DNA from: Gracilinanus agilis
Taxonomy: Eukaryota
Length of the DNA: 64,000 bases
Reading direction: 5' to 3'
Assembly: GCF_016433145.1 (NCBI RefSeq)
Contig: NC_058133.1
Coordinates: forward strand, 65,853,749-65,917,748
The position numbers and the translations under genes are program-made. Positions 50,480-63,540 of the stretch are shown here, one piece after another (the first letter of the stretch is position 1; the number at the start of each line of letters is the position of its first letter). The notes beneath the pieces are model-generated. The model had not been told where the DNA came from and made no database searches. It was given only the letters and a program-made list of their open reading frames with translations.

Positions 50480-51310
50480 GTTTGCTATTTAATTTTTATG
50501 AACTGCAAAATCAGCATGAGTCAGTGGTATGTCAAAAAAGCTAATGTAAACTTGGCATATATTAATGGAAGCATTATGCCCAGAACAAGGAGAGTGATAA
50601 TGCCCCTTTATGCCCTAATCACATTTCATCTAGCTTGTCTTTAATTCAAAATGTCGCATTTAGGAAGGACAATGAGAAATTTAAACTCATCCAGGAAATT
50701 GCAACAGGGACAGAGGACTTGCTCGAAAGAATTAGGTATATTTAACTTGGAGAAGAGAAAACTTAGTGGAGACATAAAAGCTCTCTTCATATGTTTGAAA
50801 ATCTGTCTCATGGGCAAAGGATTCAACTTGTTCTACTTGGCCCTAAAGAATAGAATAAGATGAGTCTGTCAAAGTTGCAGAGTGGTAGCTCTTAGCTCGG
50901 CATAAGGAAGAATCTCCAAACAATTATGTCTGCCAAAAAAAGTAGAATGAGTTACCTCAGAAGATAATATGAATAATTTACATTTATATAGTATTTTAGG
51001 TTTAACAAAACACTTTCTTCATAATCACCATGTCAGGTAGGTGGTAGTTATTGTTTTGTTTTTCTTGTATGGATAAGGAAATTAAGGAACAGAGTAGTTT
51101 GGTGAATTGCCCAAATTCTTACAGCTAATAGGTACCAGAATTGGGACTCAAACCCAGGTATCTGTTTTCCATTATATCATGCTGATTTTCCTATTTTTGA
51201 AGGTCTTAAAAACTTGTTAGGGATATTTTAAAGGAGGAGGAGTTCTTTTTTAGGTATAATTTGTACTAGATAACCTTTGAGTGCCCTCAATTTCTGAAAT
51301 TCTGTGGTTT
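50480..51310 (+). mobile_element. L3/CR1 3' region, with a MIR-like insertion at about 51010-51180
   Basis: cagcatgagtcagtggtatgtcaaaaaagctaatg...ttaacttggagaagagaaaacttagtggagac. Confidence 0.75.
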
Positions 51311-51929
51311 GAGGTTCTAGACTAGCTCAGAAGTTCCAGGAGAGGAAGAAGATCTATACCCTCAAATGAAAGGGTCTCCAGGTGGATTTCTTCTGGCCTT
51401 GCGATTAGGACAGCCCTAGGAAAATAGTGACTGTCTTAATATAGTAATGTAGTTTACCTTTGTTTTGAAAATATACATCAATTTATTTTTTACATTTGCT
51501 CACTTAAAGCCTAATAATAATAACAATAACTCAGTTTATCTTCATAACTTATTTATTAGACATCATGTACATCTTAGTTCTCAGTGGGCTGCAATTTCTG
51601 GCTTCTTTGTTTATTAGCACCATGAGAGTCAGTGTAACTTAATTGACAGAGCTGATCTTAGAGCCAGGAAGATCTGGATCCAAGTTTCACCTCTGATACA
51701 GAAGGATTGTATATCCACAGAAAAATTATTTAATCTATTCATGTCCCAAGCACCTTTTTAATACTGTGAGTGATAAAAAAGTGATGATCTGTAGTACTAT
51801 GAGGAGTTTACTAATCTGAGAGTTTCCTGTATCAATAAAATCATAATTTCAATCTCTGTCTCCTTTCTCTATGCTGCATATTGGCAAAAGCAATAGAAAT
51901 AAAAAGAACCAAAAGACCTTCTAGTAGGG

Positions 51930-54600
51930 AAGAGACAAGATGGCAGAGAAAAGGCAAAGATTTGCCTGAGATTTACAAAATTCCTCTCCAAAAAACTTAA
52001 AATAATACCTCAAAATATTCTAGAGCAATAGAAACTACAAAAGATGGATGAAGAAATTTTCCAAACAAAGATAGCCTAGAAAGTCCACAAGAAATATATA
52101 TTAGACAAGGTTGAGAATGGAGCCTGGTCTAGCACAGCAGCCCAGGAAGAACCAAACACAAATTGAGAAGCAGACAACAAAATTAAAACAGCTATATCCA
52201 AACACTCAGGTCCAAAAAGAATTCCTGGAAGAACTGAAAAAAGAAAAATTTGGGAAAAGAAAGAGATGTAAGAAAATCATGAAAAAAGAGTCAATAAATT
52301 GGTAAAGAAGTCACAAAATACTGAAGAAAATAACACCTTAAAAAACAGAGTTGGACAAATGTTAAAGAAGCATAAAAATTTACTGACGAAAATAACATTT
52401 TAAAAAGTAGAACTGACCAAATGGAGAAAGGAGGTAAGCAAGTGTAAGCTAATGAATCTGTGAAACATCAATAAACAAAATTTTAAAAATGAAAAAATAG
52501 AAGAAAATGTGAAATATCTCATTGGAAAAAAACAACTAACATGGAAAATAGATTAGGAGGGAGAGATAAGTTCTTAAGAATTATTGGACTACCTGAAAGC
52601 CATCATAAAAAAGAGCTTAGACATCATCTTTCAAGAAATTACCAAGGAAAATTACCCAGTTATTATAGAACCAGAAGATAAAATAAAAATGGAAAGAATC
52701 CACTGATCACCTCATGAAAGAGAGACTAAAATGAAAACTCCCAGTAATATTATATCAAATTTCCAGCGCTCCTAGGTCAAGGAGAACATATTGCAAATAG
52801 CCAGAAAGAAATAATTCAAATATTGTGAAGCCACAGTCAGAATAACACAAAATTTGGCACCTTCTACAATAAAAGGTTGGCATTAATATTCTGGAAGGCA
52901 AAGGAGCTAAGATTACAATGAAAATCATCTACCCAGCAAAACAATATAATTATTTACAGGGAAAATATATTTTAAATGAAATAGAGGACTTGCAAGCATT
53001 CATGATGAAAAGATCCGAGCTAAAGAGAAAATTTGACTTTCAAATACAAGGCTTGATAAGTATAAAAGAGTGAACAGGAAAGAAATCACAAGGGATTTAA
53101 TAAGGTTAAACTGTTTACATTCCTGCATGGGAATATCATACTTATATTTCCTAAGAATTATATAATTATTCGGGCAGTTAGAAGGAGTATATATACATAG
53201 AAGGCATGGGTGTGAATTGAATTTGATGGGATAATATCTAAAAAATATGGGAAAGAAGATCATAATGGGAGAGGTGGGAAGAGATAGGTGGAATGGAGTA
53301 AATAATCTCACTTAAAAGAGATGCAAAAGAACTTTTATAGTAGTAAGGGAAGAAGGATGCTGTTGGAAGAGTGCTTGAACCTTATTGGAACTGGCTCAAA
53401 GAAGGAATAGCATACACTTTCTGTTGATTGTAAAAATATATCTTATTCTATAAGAAAGTAGGAGGGGAAGGAGATAAGAAAATGGATGGCTGATAAAAAG
53501 GAGTGCAGAATCAGTGAGACAGTGTAATAAGCAAAACACTTTTGACACTGGACAGGGTGAAAGGAGAAAGAGAGTAGGATAAACAAGTAGGAAATCAGAT
53601 GGAGGAAAATACACATTAATCATAAATGTAAAAAAATTACAGAAAATTTCCTTCCTAAAGGTTTTATTTCTGAAATATATAGAGAACTTAGTCAAGTTGA
53701 TAAGAATACAAGTCATTCTCCCAATTGATAAATGATCAAAGGATATAAAAGGCAGTTTTTAAAGTAATCAAATCTATCTGGTCATATGAAAAATGCTGTA
53801 AATCAGTATTGATCAGATAAATGCAGATTAAAATACCTCTGAGGTATTAGCCAATTCATCATATTGAATATTATGACAGAAAAAGAATAAAAACAAATGT
53901 TGGAGGAGATGTGGGGAAATTGAGAAACTAACAAGTTATTGCTGGACTTGTGAACTGATCCAAATATTCTGGAGACTAATTTGGAACTATGTTGAAAGAG
54001 CTAAAAAACCGTGCATAACTTGTAACACAGCAATACAGCTATAACCCAAAGAAATTGTGGGGATGCCTTGACTTGGAGACTGGCTGCAGAAGTTGTGGTA
54101 ATATGATTGTGATGGAATATTATTGTGCTATAAATGATTATCTGGATCCCCTCAGATCTGGAAAGACTTATGTGAATTGATACAAAGTGAAATAGAACCA
54201 AGAGAACATCGAATATTAAAGTGTGACATTATAATATTTTCATAAAAATGCAAGCAGTATTATATGATGATCAACTGTGAATGATTTTATTCTCAGCAAT
54301 ATCCAAGAGAATTACAAAGGACTTATGATGAAAAATATCATTCACCTCCAAAAAAAAAAAAAGAACTGACAGTCTGAGTGCAGATCAAAGTATATTTTAA
54401 CATTTTGTTTTGTTTTGTTTTGGTTCGTATTTTCTTTTATTACATAACCAATATGAAAAACGTTTTGCATGACAAAAAATATAACCTATATCAAAATATT
54501 TGCTTTTTCAAGAAGGAAAAGGAAAGAAGAAACTTTGGAACTCAAATTTTTTAAAATTAATGTAGAAAATTATTTTACATGTAATTGAAAAATAGTGTTA
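51930..54600 (+). mobile_element. ORF2-deleted L1 (HAL1-like): 5' start, ORF1 relic, inter-ORF region, then directly the ORF2 C-terminal part and 3'UTR
   Basis: caagatggc start, ORF1 RRM DNA at about 52500-52900, junction at about 53630, L1 3'UTR (tatatgatgatcaactgtgaatga...ctcagcaat). Confidence 0.85.
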
Positions 54601-54721
54601 AATTTTTTTTAAAGTTTAATTGATTCTCCAATAAGTCACAGAGCAAAAGTATATCTGATGTGGGATTCAATCTCAGAGCTTCTTGGCTTTAATCTAGTTC
54701 TCTAACAATTATGTATCTAGA

Positions 54722-54750
54722 GATACATACATACATACATACATAAATAT
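54722..54750. repeat. (TACA)n microsatellite
   Basis: Directly visible. Confidence 0.9.
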
Positions 54751-56354
54751 ATGTGTAGGAAATATTCCCAGTAGTATAAAAATAATGATGATATCATTTT
54801 TGTGAAAATACTATAATTCATCACACTGTAATAATATTCAATATATTTTGTGGAGGAATGACAAGGTATGCTATTTCTGCCTGAAAAAACAAAGGAAAGT
54901 TCATTTAATATGGAGTCTCCTGCTTTAGAATTTCCTTTCAAAATCACAGAATTTTTATTTTTTTTAATGGAGCTCAGGTTGTCTAATTCCTCCCCAAATC
55001 CTAAATCTCACATTCCTTGGGATGGGACCATAGTCTCTCCTGGATAGCTTCGTCATCTCTAATAAATATGCATTTACTATCTTACTAAAGAAACCTGTCA
55101 TATTGTGGATATAATCAATCCCTACTGTTTTAGCTTAGAATCTGGGGAATTTAAGAAAAGGATTCCATGTCTGCTTTCTTAGCTAAGGGGAGAAGACAAC
55201 CTGTAAAGTAAATAAACCTGAGAGTCAATATTAGACTAAAATACTTTTGAAACAAGAAATAAATGAAAATTTAAGGCAGGATTATGAGGCACTTTCAGAG
55301 AAGTGGATAAAGCAGGAAAAAAAATACCCTTCTAGCAAGGACCTTTTAGTCTTTTAGAGTATAATGCCACAAGTGAGCCACAATTCAGACCACTCTAGTT
55401 TAATGGTTGATGTGTTTAAATTGAAATTAGCTTGTAACATTGTTAGAATGTTCTGCCCTATACTAGAGTTTTTTTGTTTTATTTGGTATTTGGCAAAAGA
55501 AGTTTTACTGTCTTTTCACGACAAGAATACCCTCAACCTCAAAGAATGTGTTCTGGGGCCTTTTTAAAAAAATATAAAAGTAATAATATAGACTGTTAAT
55601 ATTATTTTTCAATGGTGATTTATTTAAACGAGCATATATATTTAAAGCAAGGTCACTGACAGCAAAGAGAAATACATGGAGGCCTCTCATTAGTTGGCTG
55701 ATGTGTAACTTCTCTAGTCTTTTGGTCCCACAGGAACACATGCAGCTGGGTCCCCAATGGAGCAACTAGCACAAGGTGGGGTCTTGTCAAGCCTGGGAAG
55801 CCCTAAAGGCTTCCCAGAGGGGTCTGTTATAGGTTTACATTACTTTTCTCTGAGCCAAGCCTGACCACCTGGATGCAGCTGTATTCATTCTTGGGGCTAG
55901 CTGCATAGTTTTGGGGTGAGGACCATCCTGGCTGGCTTCCTAGAGCACTTAATTAGAACAAATTTAATGCCGAGAAGAGGGAAGGAATTATATAAGGGTC
56001 ACCAAATGGTCATCTCCTAGAGTGAATATGTACCTGCTCTCTCCATAGAATGAAATGCTACAGTGCTGTTTCTATATGGCACTTCAGGCTGGTTTCTCTG
56101 ATTAAAAAGGTGATCAATGGCAGAACCAACAGGGTTGTTTACCAACTCATGTTCCAGAGAATTATTAAGAACACTTAAAGACATGATAATTAATTTTGTG
56201 TTGTGTTTTAATAGCTAGGATTAGGGACTAGATGTGTGATTTCACTGGTATAGAGAACTTCCAGGTGAGGAAATTCACTTTCTCATGGAGGTCAGCACCT
56301 TTTCTGTTTAATTTATTGTCTTAGAGACAGTAGAGTACAAAAGTGCCTAGAACT

Positions 56355-57040
56355 GTTCTTGTTCCTTCTTCACTTTCAAAGAGGACCAATGACATCACAA
56401 CGCTGGTCAGGGATGACTGTGGCTGATCAGACCAATGCTAGTTTGAAGAGCTTTACCATAGGTTGCTCACAAATAATCCTTTGGAATATTTGGGAAGAAA
56501 GTGTTTCTAGATTTCTGTATCTCATATTTCTTTTGTGCTTTGCTCATGGAAAAACAGAACTTTCTTTGACGTGGCATGCCATGTTAGATTGTCCTACGCC
56601 AGTATCTCCCAGGCCTCACACGTGATACTCAAGTTCTTCAGAGACACCTTGAGAGTGTCCTTGCAAGCTTCTTCTGACGTCTGTGTGAGTGCTTGCTTTA
56701 TTGGATTTTTTCTGTAAACATGCCTTTGGTGTTTGGTCTACTTGGCCAAGCCCACTGAAATTGCAAAATTGTGTTCTCTATAGTTGGATTTGAATGTTTG
56801 GCAGTTGAGTTGGAGAAAGGCACTTAGAGTCTGCTACCTTATCTTGTCAGATAATCTTCAGAATTTTCCTAAGATAATTCAAATGGAAGCACTTCCATTT
56901 TCTGACATGGTCCTGGTAGAGTGTCCAGATTTCATAGTCATACAACAATGAGGTCAGCATCATGAATAGAGACCTTCAGTTTGGTAAACAGCCTAATACA
57001 TCTTCTCCCCAACACTTTCTTTCAGAGCTTCCCAAAGACA
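56355..57040 (-). mobile_element. RTE-clade LINE 3' fragment
   Basis: The reverse-complement tail gtgatgtcattggtcctctttgaaagtgaagaagg matches the WALLSI4-type tail, and upstream DNA is ORF-like RTE sequence. Confidence 0.7.
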
Positions 57041-58689
57041 TAGAGTGCTGAGAGAACTTGCTTGTGGTCATGTTTCCAGTATGTGTCCAAGATGAAAATT
57101 GAACTCATATCTTTCTGTCTCCAAAGCCAGCTTTCTAAACACTATGTCAAGCTGCTTTTTATTTTTTAAAATAAGTAATGCTATTGATGAATTGAAAAGA
57201 CTTTATGGATTGGTCAACAAGTTTATGTGAAAATACTAAATACCCATTAAGTATCCATTAGCAGAGAAAGAATCCTTACAGTTTCAGCAACCCTAAATAT
57301 GGTTTTTAATGAGTACCTAAAATTTTTAATATGAACTTCATTGACTCATATTTTTATTAGGTTGGGTACTAGATTACAATTCTTTTATGACTGATTAGAA
57401 GGATTGAGAATTGCTTTAATTGAGAATTTATCACCTTATGGATGATCTGACAATGAGCTTCTCTGAACTTAACTGTATTAGTATGACCTTCAGGAAGTCT
57501 GTCACCAACCTTATCTCAATGACTCAATCAAAAAGATTTATTAAGGATATGCTATGTTCCAGACACTTTGCTGGGTCCTGGTACACAAAGACAAAAATTA
57601 AAATGGCCTGTCTTTGAGGAGCTTATGTTCTTTTAGGGGAAGTAAGACATACAAAATATATGCAGATTAATTTAAATGGGGGAGGGTGAAAGAGATATTA
57701 GAAGTTAAAGAGACTATCAGGAGAGATATCTTATAGGAGGTAGTACTAGATCTTTGATTATATAGATACTTATAAAACAAGAGAGAAAATAAGCTTCCAC
57801 AAAATTTTATTGATGATGAAATTAATAATATAATAATAATAATCAAGCAAATTAAAAAATACAAGTATAGTAATGAGAAGAATGGAATTCTTTTTTGAGG
57901 AATAACATTTTGCTTAATTGCAATTAAAAGTTAATATTTCCTGTCATCAGAACTGATTGCAAATGTTTATCTGTTAGTATGGATTCATGGTAAAGTTTTA
58001 TATATTTCATCTTTGAAAATATCTTTTCAGACAAATAGGTACTGCCAGATATTGGTATCAATTCCTGAATATAGAATGTTAATAGAATTGAAAAGCTAAT
58101 AATCTTAAACAAGTTTATTTTCTCCACTGACATTTCTTCAATAGCTAAAATCAAACGTGACTGGTTAACTTACCTTTGGCAAATAATTTTCTTAGATTAA
58201 CTAACAATGAGCCATTCAGAAACTTGGCTTGGTTGTAGCCTCATTTTCATTTTTTATTTTTGTCAAGAAATTTTGTTGTGATGAGAAATTCTGTCTTGAA
58301 TTTTTTTCTGACTTGCTTTCTTGTGAGTCGGGAATTAAAGTCTGGTGATGTATATAGTAGTATATATATTTTTAGCATAACTATTCTGTCATCAAATAAT
58401 AAACACATGCTTTATTATCTAATTCAATAACAGAATACTTCACACTTCAATATGCCTTTAAAGCATGGCATTCAAAGCCAATTTTTCTCTTTTCTTTATT
58501 TCTTTTACTTCTTTCTTGTGTTGACATGATGGGTATGTACTGGTAACAAAAAATTAATAAAATATCACAGTTTGATGGAATGCATGGCACTTGAAATGCT
58601 ACTGGGTACTAACTGCTTCACTGTGATTTCTAGATCACCAAGCAGTAGTGAGAAGGGAGGAGAGCACCACATAAGGTCTATGTCCACAA

Positions 58690-58896
58690 GAAGTGAATGG
58701 ATGAGTGTGGCTGTGTTCCAATCCAACTTTATCACGGACACAGATTTGGATTTCACATAATTTTCATGTGTCAAAATAATATTATTTTTATTTTTTAACC
58801 ATTTGAAAGTATAAAAACTATTCTGAATTCATAGACAATATAAAAATAGGCAGCCATCTGGATTTGGCCCATGAGCTAGAGTTTGCCACTCTCTTC
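58690..58896 (-). mobile_element. MER58B/Cheshire-like hAT MITE relic
   Basis: Colinear with the remembered MER58B reverse complement: gagtgtggctgtgttccaat, ataattttca.gtgtca, aaccattt.aaa.t.taaaaac.attct, ggatttggccc, agtttgcc. Confidence 0.75.
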
Positions 58897-59009
58897 TCTA
58901 ATAGGTTCTATGAGATTTTAAGTTGCAGGGAAGGTCCTGATTCACAATAATAGAAGAGGTGTCCTCACACTTTTTTTCCAAGTTAGAGGAAAGATAACTT
59001 TTGACATAT

Positions 59010-59530
59010 CAGTCAGCAGTCAGTGAGTAATACTTACTAAGCATGTATTAGGAGCAAGTTCCCTACTAACCCCTAAGCAAAAGAAGTTCCTACCCTCTAG
59101 GAGTTTACTGACTAATGGAGAGATATCGTGCAAAAACAAATTTGTGCAAACAAAATAATGAGAGTACAAATTGGAGATGATCAACAGAAGGAAAGCTTTG
59201 GAATTAAGTATGATCAGAAAAGCTTCCTGGAGAAGGTAGGAGTTTAGTTAGGATTTCAAGGAAGTCAGAAGATGGAGATGAAGAGGGAGAGCAATATAAG
59301 CATGGGGGATGGGTAATGAAAATACCTAAAATCAGAAATCTTTTTTAGAAATGCATCAAGGAGGTCCAGTGTCAGTAGATCAATATGAGCATGTGGAGGA
59401 GTAAAAGTTGCTGTAAGGCGGGAAAGGTATGAATGAATTAAGTTGTGGTGGACTTTTAAGTAGGGCGAAATTGGAGTTAATTGAATATGAAGGAGGTAAC
59501 ATTTGTGCTTTTGGAAAAATAAGGAATAGG
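59010..59530 (-). mobile_element. L2 fragment
   Basis: agtaatacttactaagcatgtattagg...gaaagcttcctggagaaggtaggagttta. Confidence 0.65.
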
Positions 59531-59859
59531 AAATATTAGCAAGAATGAGCAAGTTTCCTCATTTATTTTCTAATGTCCAGATTTCTGTGTATTGAGTTTC
59601 TTCCAAATAGTCTATTTAACAGGAGCTTGTTTAAGAATCTTCTTGTTTAAGAATTTTCCGCTTTTCTTTGATGATTTAGTTTCTAGCTTTTTGTTGAAAT
59701 AGGAAAGAAATATAGAATTAAAGTCTTTAGTAGTAACTGTCCAATCATCTTTTTTCCAACAAAAATAACTTTTTATTAGTGAATTAATGACAATTTATGC
59801 TCATTGAACAAATTTTAAAACTATATTTTGTCATTCATTCAAAAGGTAGAGGATATGGA

Positions 59860-60065
59860 TATGGCCTGGACCCATGATTTATTTGGTGTAGAATAATGGT
59901 GTTAAAAAAATAGAAAATAACCCCTGCTAGGTGAACATTTACTTAGAACACCACAGAATAACATTATCTATGCTGTATTTTACTTGTATTTGTTTTGTGA
60001 AGCATTTTCCAATTACATTTTGCACAAGAGAGTTTTGGAGTCCACATGCCAAGTCTGATACTTTG
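59860..60065. mobile_element. Old hAT/Charlie-like MITE relic
   Basis: acttagaacaccaca...aacattatctatgctgtattt...ttttccaattacatttt, opposite orientation to the 30200 copy. Confidence 0.55.
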
Positions 60066-61189
60066 GTATAGTATTTCCCAGATTAAGATTAATTCCCAGA
60101 TTAAGAAACCCCTTCTTTAAAAATCATTATCTCTTCAAGACAGATTGAACTATAGCAAAGAACATGATTGAGAATCTATTGCTGGCACATTAATTTATGC
60201 TTACTCAAATTTGTCACATTTAAGTCTCAAAAAATGAAATTAGTTTGTTTCCAGATGCGAGGAAAAAAAACAAGCATTTATTAAAAGCCTACTATGTGCC
60301 AGGCACTGTCCTAAGCATTTTACAAACATTATTTTATTCAATGCTCACAACAAACCTGGAAGAAAGGCACTATTATTACCCTCTTTTTAGAGTTGAGAAC
60401 ACCAAGGCAGAGGTTAAGTGACTTGTCCAGGTCTTTCTGACCCCAGGACCATTGCTCTGCCCACTATTCTACTTCACTGCCTCGTAAAAGATTAAGAGAG
60501 AAAATCAGACTAAATGAGAAAATCTGTAATAGCTGACATTTTATTTCCATTATCTTAATCATATTATTTTTTCACTGAAATATTTCTAGAGGATATAGTC
60601 AATGCCTTATTTTATTTTACTTCCCAACAATGTTCATTTTTGTCATCAGTAAATATTTATTAAATTCCTGCTGTATGCCACACACCATGCTAAATGTTGG
60701 GGATTGAAAAACAGATTTGTGAGTTTCATTCCCACCCTCATACTGCCTAACCCTTTTACCTTGAACATTAATTTCTAATTGTCTGAAAATAATATCACTT
60801 ATGAACATTAGCATATGCTACTGTTCACATTTAATTAAATTATTAAAAACTGATCAATTTAACCCAGAAAAATTCTCTAATTCTATTGTAGATTAAGCAC
60901 TAATAGTTACATAAAGTATCCAGTATTCAAGATGGATAATTCAGTTCAAGATATATAAATACATTCAATTTAATTTTTTGATTTTTAACTTAATAACTGT
61001 ATAAGTTATTATGTTATAACTTAATAACTGTATAAGTCAATTAAACATTCCAATTAGCACAAAATAGAAACTCCATCAATCAATAAATATCTATTAAGTA
61101 CTTATATATCAATCACTGTGCTTAGGACTGGGGGATACAAAGAATATTTTTTAAAATATTCCTTGTTCTCAACAAGAGTACATCCTTAA

Positions 61190-62690
61190 AAATATTTTCC
61201 AGATTGCATGTAGATACAATTTTTAATAACCATTTTCCATCACTATGTGATCCATGCTGTATTCCTTCCCCTCCCCAGATAACATGATATAGGTTGCACA
61301 TGTTTTATACTATACATATTTACATGTTTGTCATTATGTGAAAGAAGACATTTATTGTTTACACTAGAGAAAAATTCATAAAGGAAATAAAGAGAATAAC
61401 ATGCTTCAATCTGCATTCAGACTCCATCAGTTCCTTTATGGAAGTGGATAGTCTTTTTCATCATTAATCCCTTTGAACTGCCCTGGATCCGTGCATTGCT
61501 GATAATAGTTGTCATTCACAGTTGATTATTATACTTTATTGCTGTTACTGTGTACAGTGTTTTCCTGGTTTGTCTCAATTCACTTTCCATCACTTCATTT
61601 TGTGATCATCTTGTTCATCATTCCTTATGACACAATATTATTCCATTACAATAATTTGCTACAACTTGTTTAGCCAATTCCCAGTTGATAGATATCCCCT
61701 GTTTGTCCAATAAATTTTAATTTAGTGTAAATTATCTATTTTGTATCTCACACTTCCTTTATCCATAGATCTAACAGATAAACTATTCTATGCTCCTCTG
61801 ATTTGTTTATGGCATCACTCTTTATTTCTAATCTTGTATCCATTTTGATTTTTCCTTGGTATATGGTATGAGGTGCTTGCTGGTCTATGCCTGGTTTCTG
61901 CTGTTCTGTTTTCCCAGCAATTTTTGATGAATAGTGAGTTCTTCCAAAAACTTGGATCTTTGGGTTCATCAAATACCAGGCTACTGTGGTCATTTGTTGC
62001 TGTGTTTTGAATGCCCAACTTATTCCATTAATCTACTCTGTTTCTTAGACAGTAACAGATTGTTTTGATGGTTGCAACTTTATAATTTAGTTTGAAACCT
62101 AGTATAGATAAGCCACTTTCCTTTATATTTTTTGGACTTTTGTTTTCCCAGATGAATTTATTATTTTTTCTAGCTCAATGAAATAATTTTTGGACAGTTT
62201 GATTGATATGGCATTGGATGAGTAAATCATTTTAGGTAGAATTATCATTTTTGTTATATTGGCTCAGCCTATCCATGATCAACTATTATTTTCCCAGTTT
62301 TTAGATCTGACTTTATTTGGGTGAAAAGAGTTCCATAGTTGCAATCATAGAGTTCCTGGCTTTGTCTTAGCAGATGGACTCTAGGGAATTTTATATTTTC
62401 TGTAGTTATTTTAAATGGGTTATCTCTTTGTATCTCTTGCTGTTGGACTTTATTGGTAGTATAGAGAAGTGTGGATCTTTTATGTGGATTTATTTTATAT
62501 CTTGCAACTTTACTGATGTTAATTGTATTATTTCCTCATTGCATATTGCATTTTCTTCTTTTATTGCTATAGCTATATTGAATAGTATTGGTAATAATAA
62601 GCATCTTACTTTACCTCTGATCTTATTGGGAAGGCTTCTAGTTTATCCCCATTATAAATATTGCTTGCTGATGCTTTTTTGATAGTCAAG
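61190..62690 (-). mobile_element. L1 3' portion (ORF2 3' half with deletions plus 3'UTR)
   Basis: ctgcattcagactccatcagttc (3'UTR) and ttggtatatggtatgaggtg...tcccagcaatttttg (ORF2). Confidence 0.85.
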
Positions 62691-63240
62691 GATACATTTT
62701 AATAGAAGAGAATATGTGAATATTTTATTATATAAAAGATATGATCAGAATATATAGGGACAATCTGAAAACATTAGCAGCTGATGTGGTTAGGATAGGC
62801 TTTCTACAGAAAATGTAGTTTGAGTTCAGGCTTGAAGGAAACCAGGTGCTTAGAGATAGACATGAGAAGACAGAGCATTGTAGACTCTGGGGAAAAGCCT
62901 TTGAAAAGGTGTGGAGATGGAGAATCATGTTTGAGGAACCACAAAACTATTCTTTCTGTTGTGTAATTAGATCAGAAAGGTGTTAAATTTGACCTCAGAG
63001 GTGATAGTAATCTACTGGTGCTATTTGAGCAGAAAGCTGTTATGATCAGATCTACATATTGGAAAAATTATCTTGGCATCTAGTGGAGGGTTGATTAGAG
63101 TGGGGAAGGGTACTTGAGGTCATGGAACAGAAGAATAATTCAGTAGTCTAAGAGACAAGTGCTAAAGTTATGAATGAGAGTCAAATCTGGATAACAGAGG
63201 TAAAGGAACTTAGATTATAGATGTTGATTATGAAGTTATT
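62690..63240 (-). mobile_element. L2 fragment
   Basis: ggctttctacagaaaatgtagtttgagttcaggcttgaaggaaaccagg...agacagagcattgtagactctgggg. Confidence 0.7.
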
Positions 63241-63540
63241 TGAATATTTTTGATGTGTATATTTTATTAATATAGTTGGTTTCCTTTGTAGTCCCATGTC
63301 TTTTATGTTACACATTTAACAACATTTTTCTGAAACAATCCTATAGATTTCACCAGACTGTTGTAAAGAGGGAAAAATTATTATGGTTGGTTGGACTAAA
63401 TATTCAAAGGAGTGGTCACCAAGGAATTGTTACAATTCCTAATGAAAAAACTCATGTCAGAATGACTTTTATGATAGTTTATTTACAAATGGGAAGAGAG
63501 TGTTAAAATAAGAAAATCAGAGAGAGGATAGGTCCAGGGC

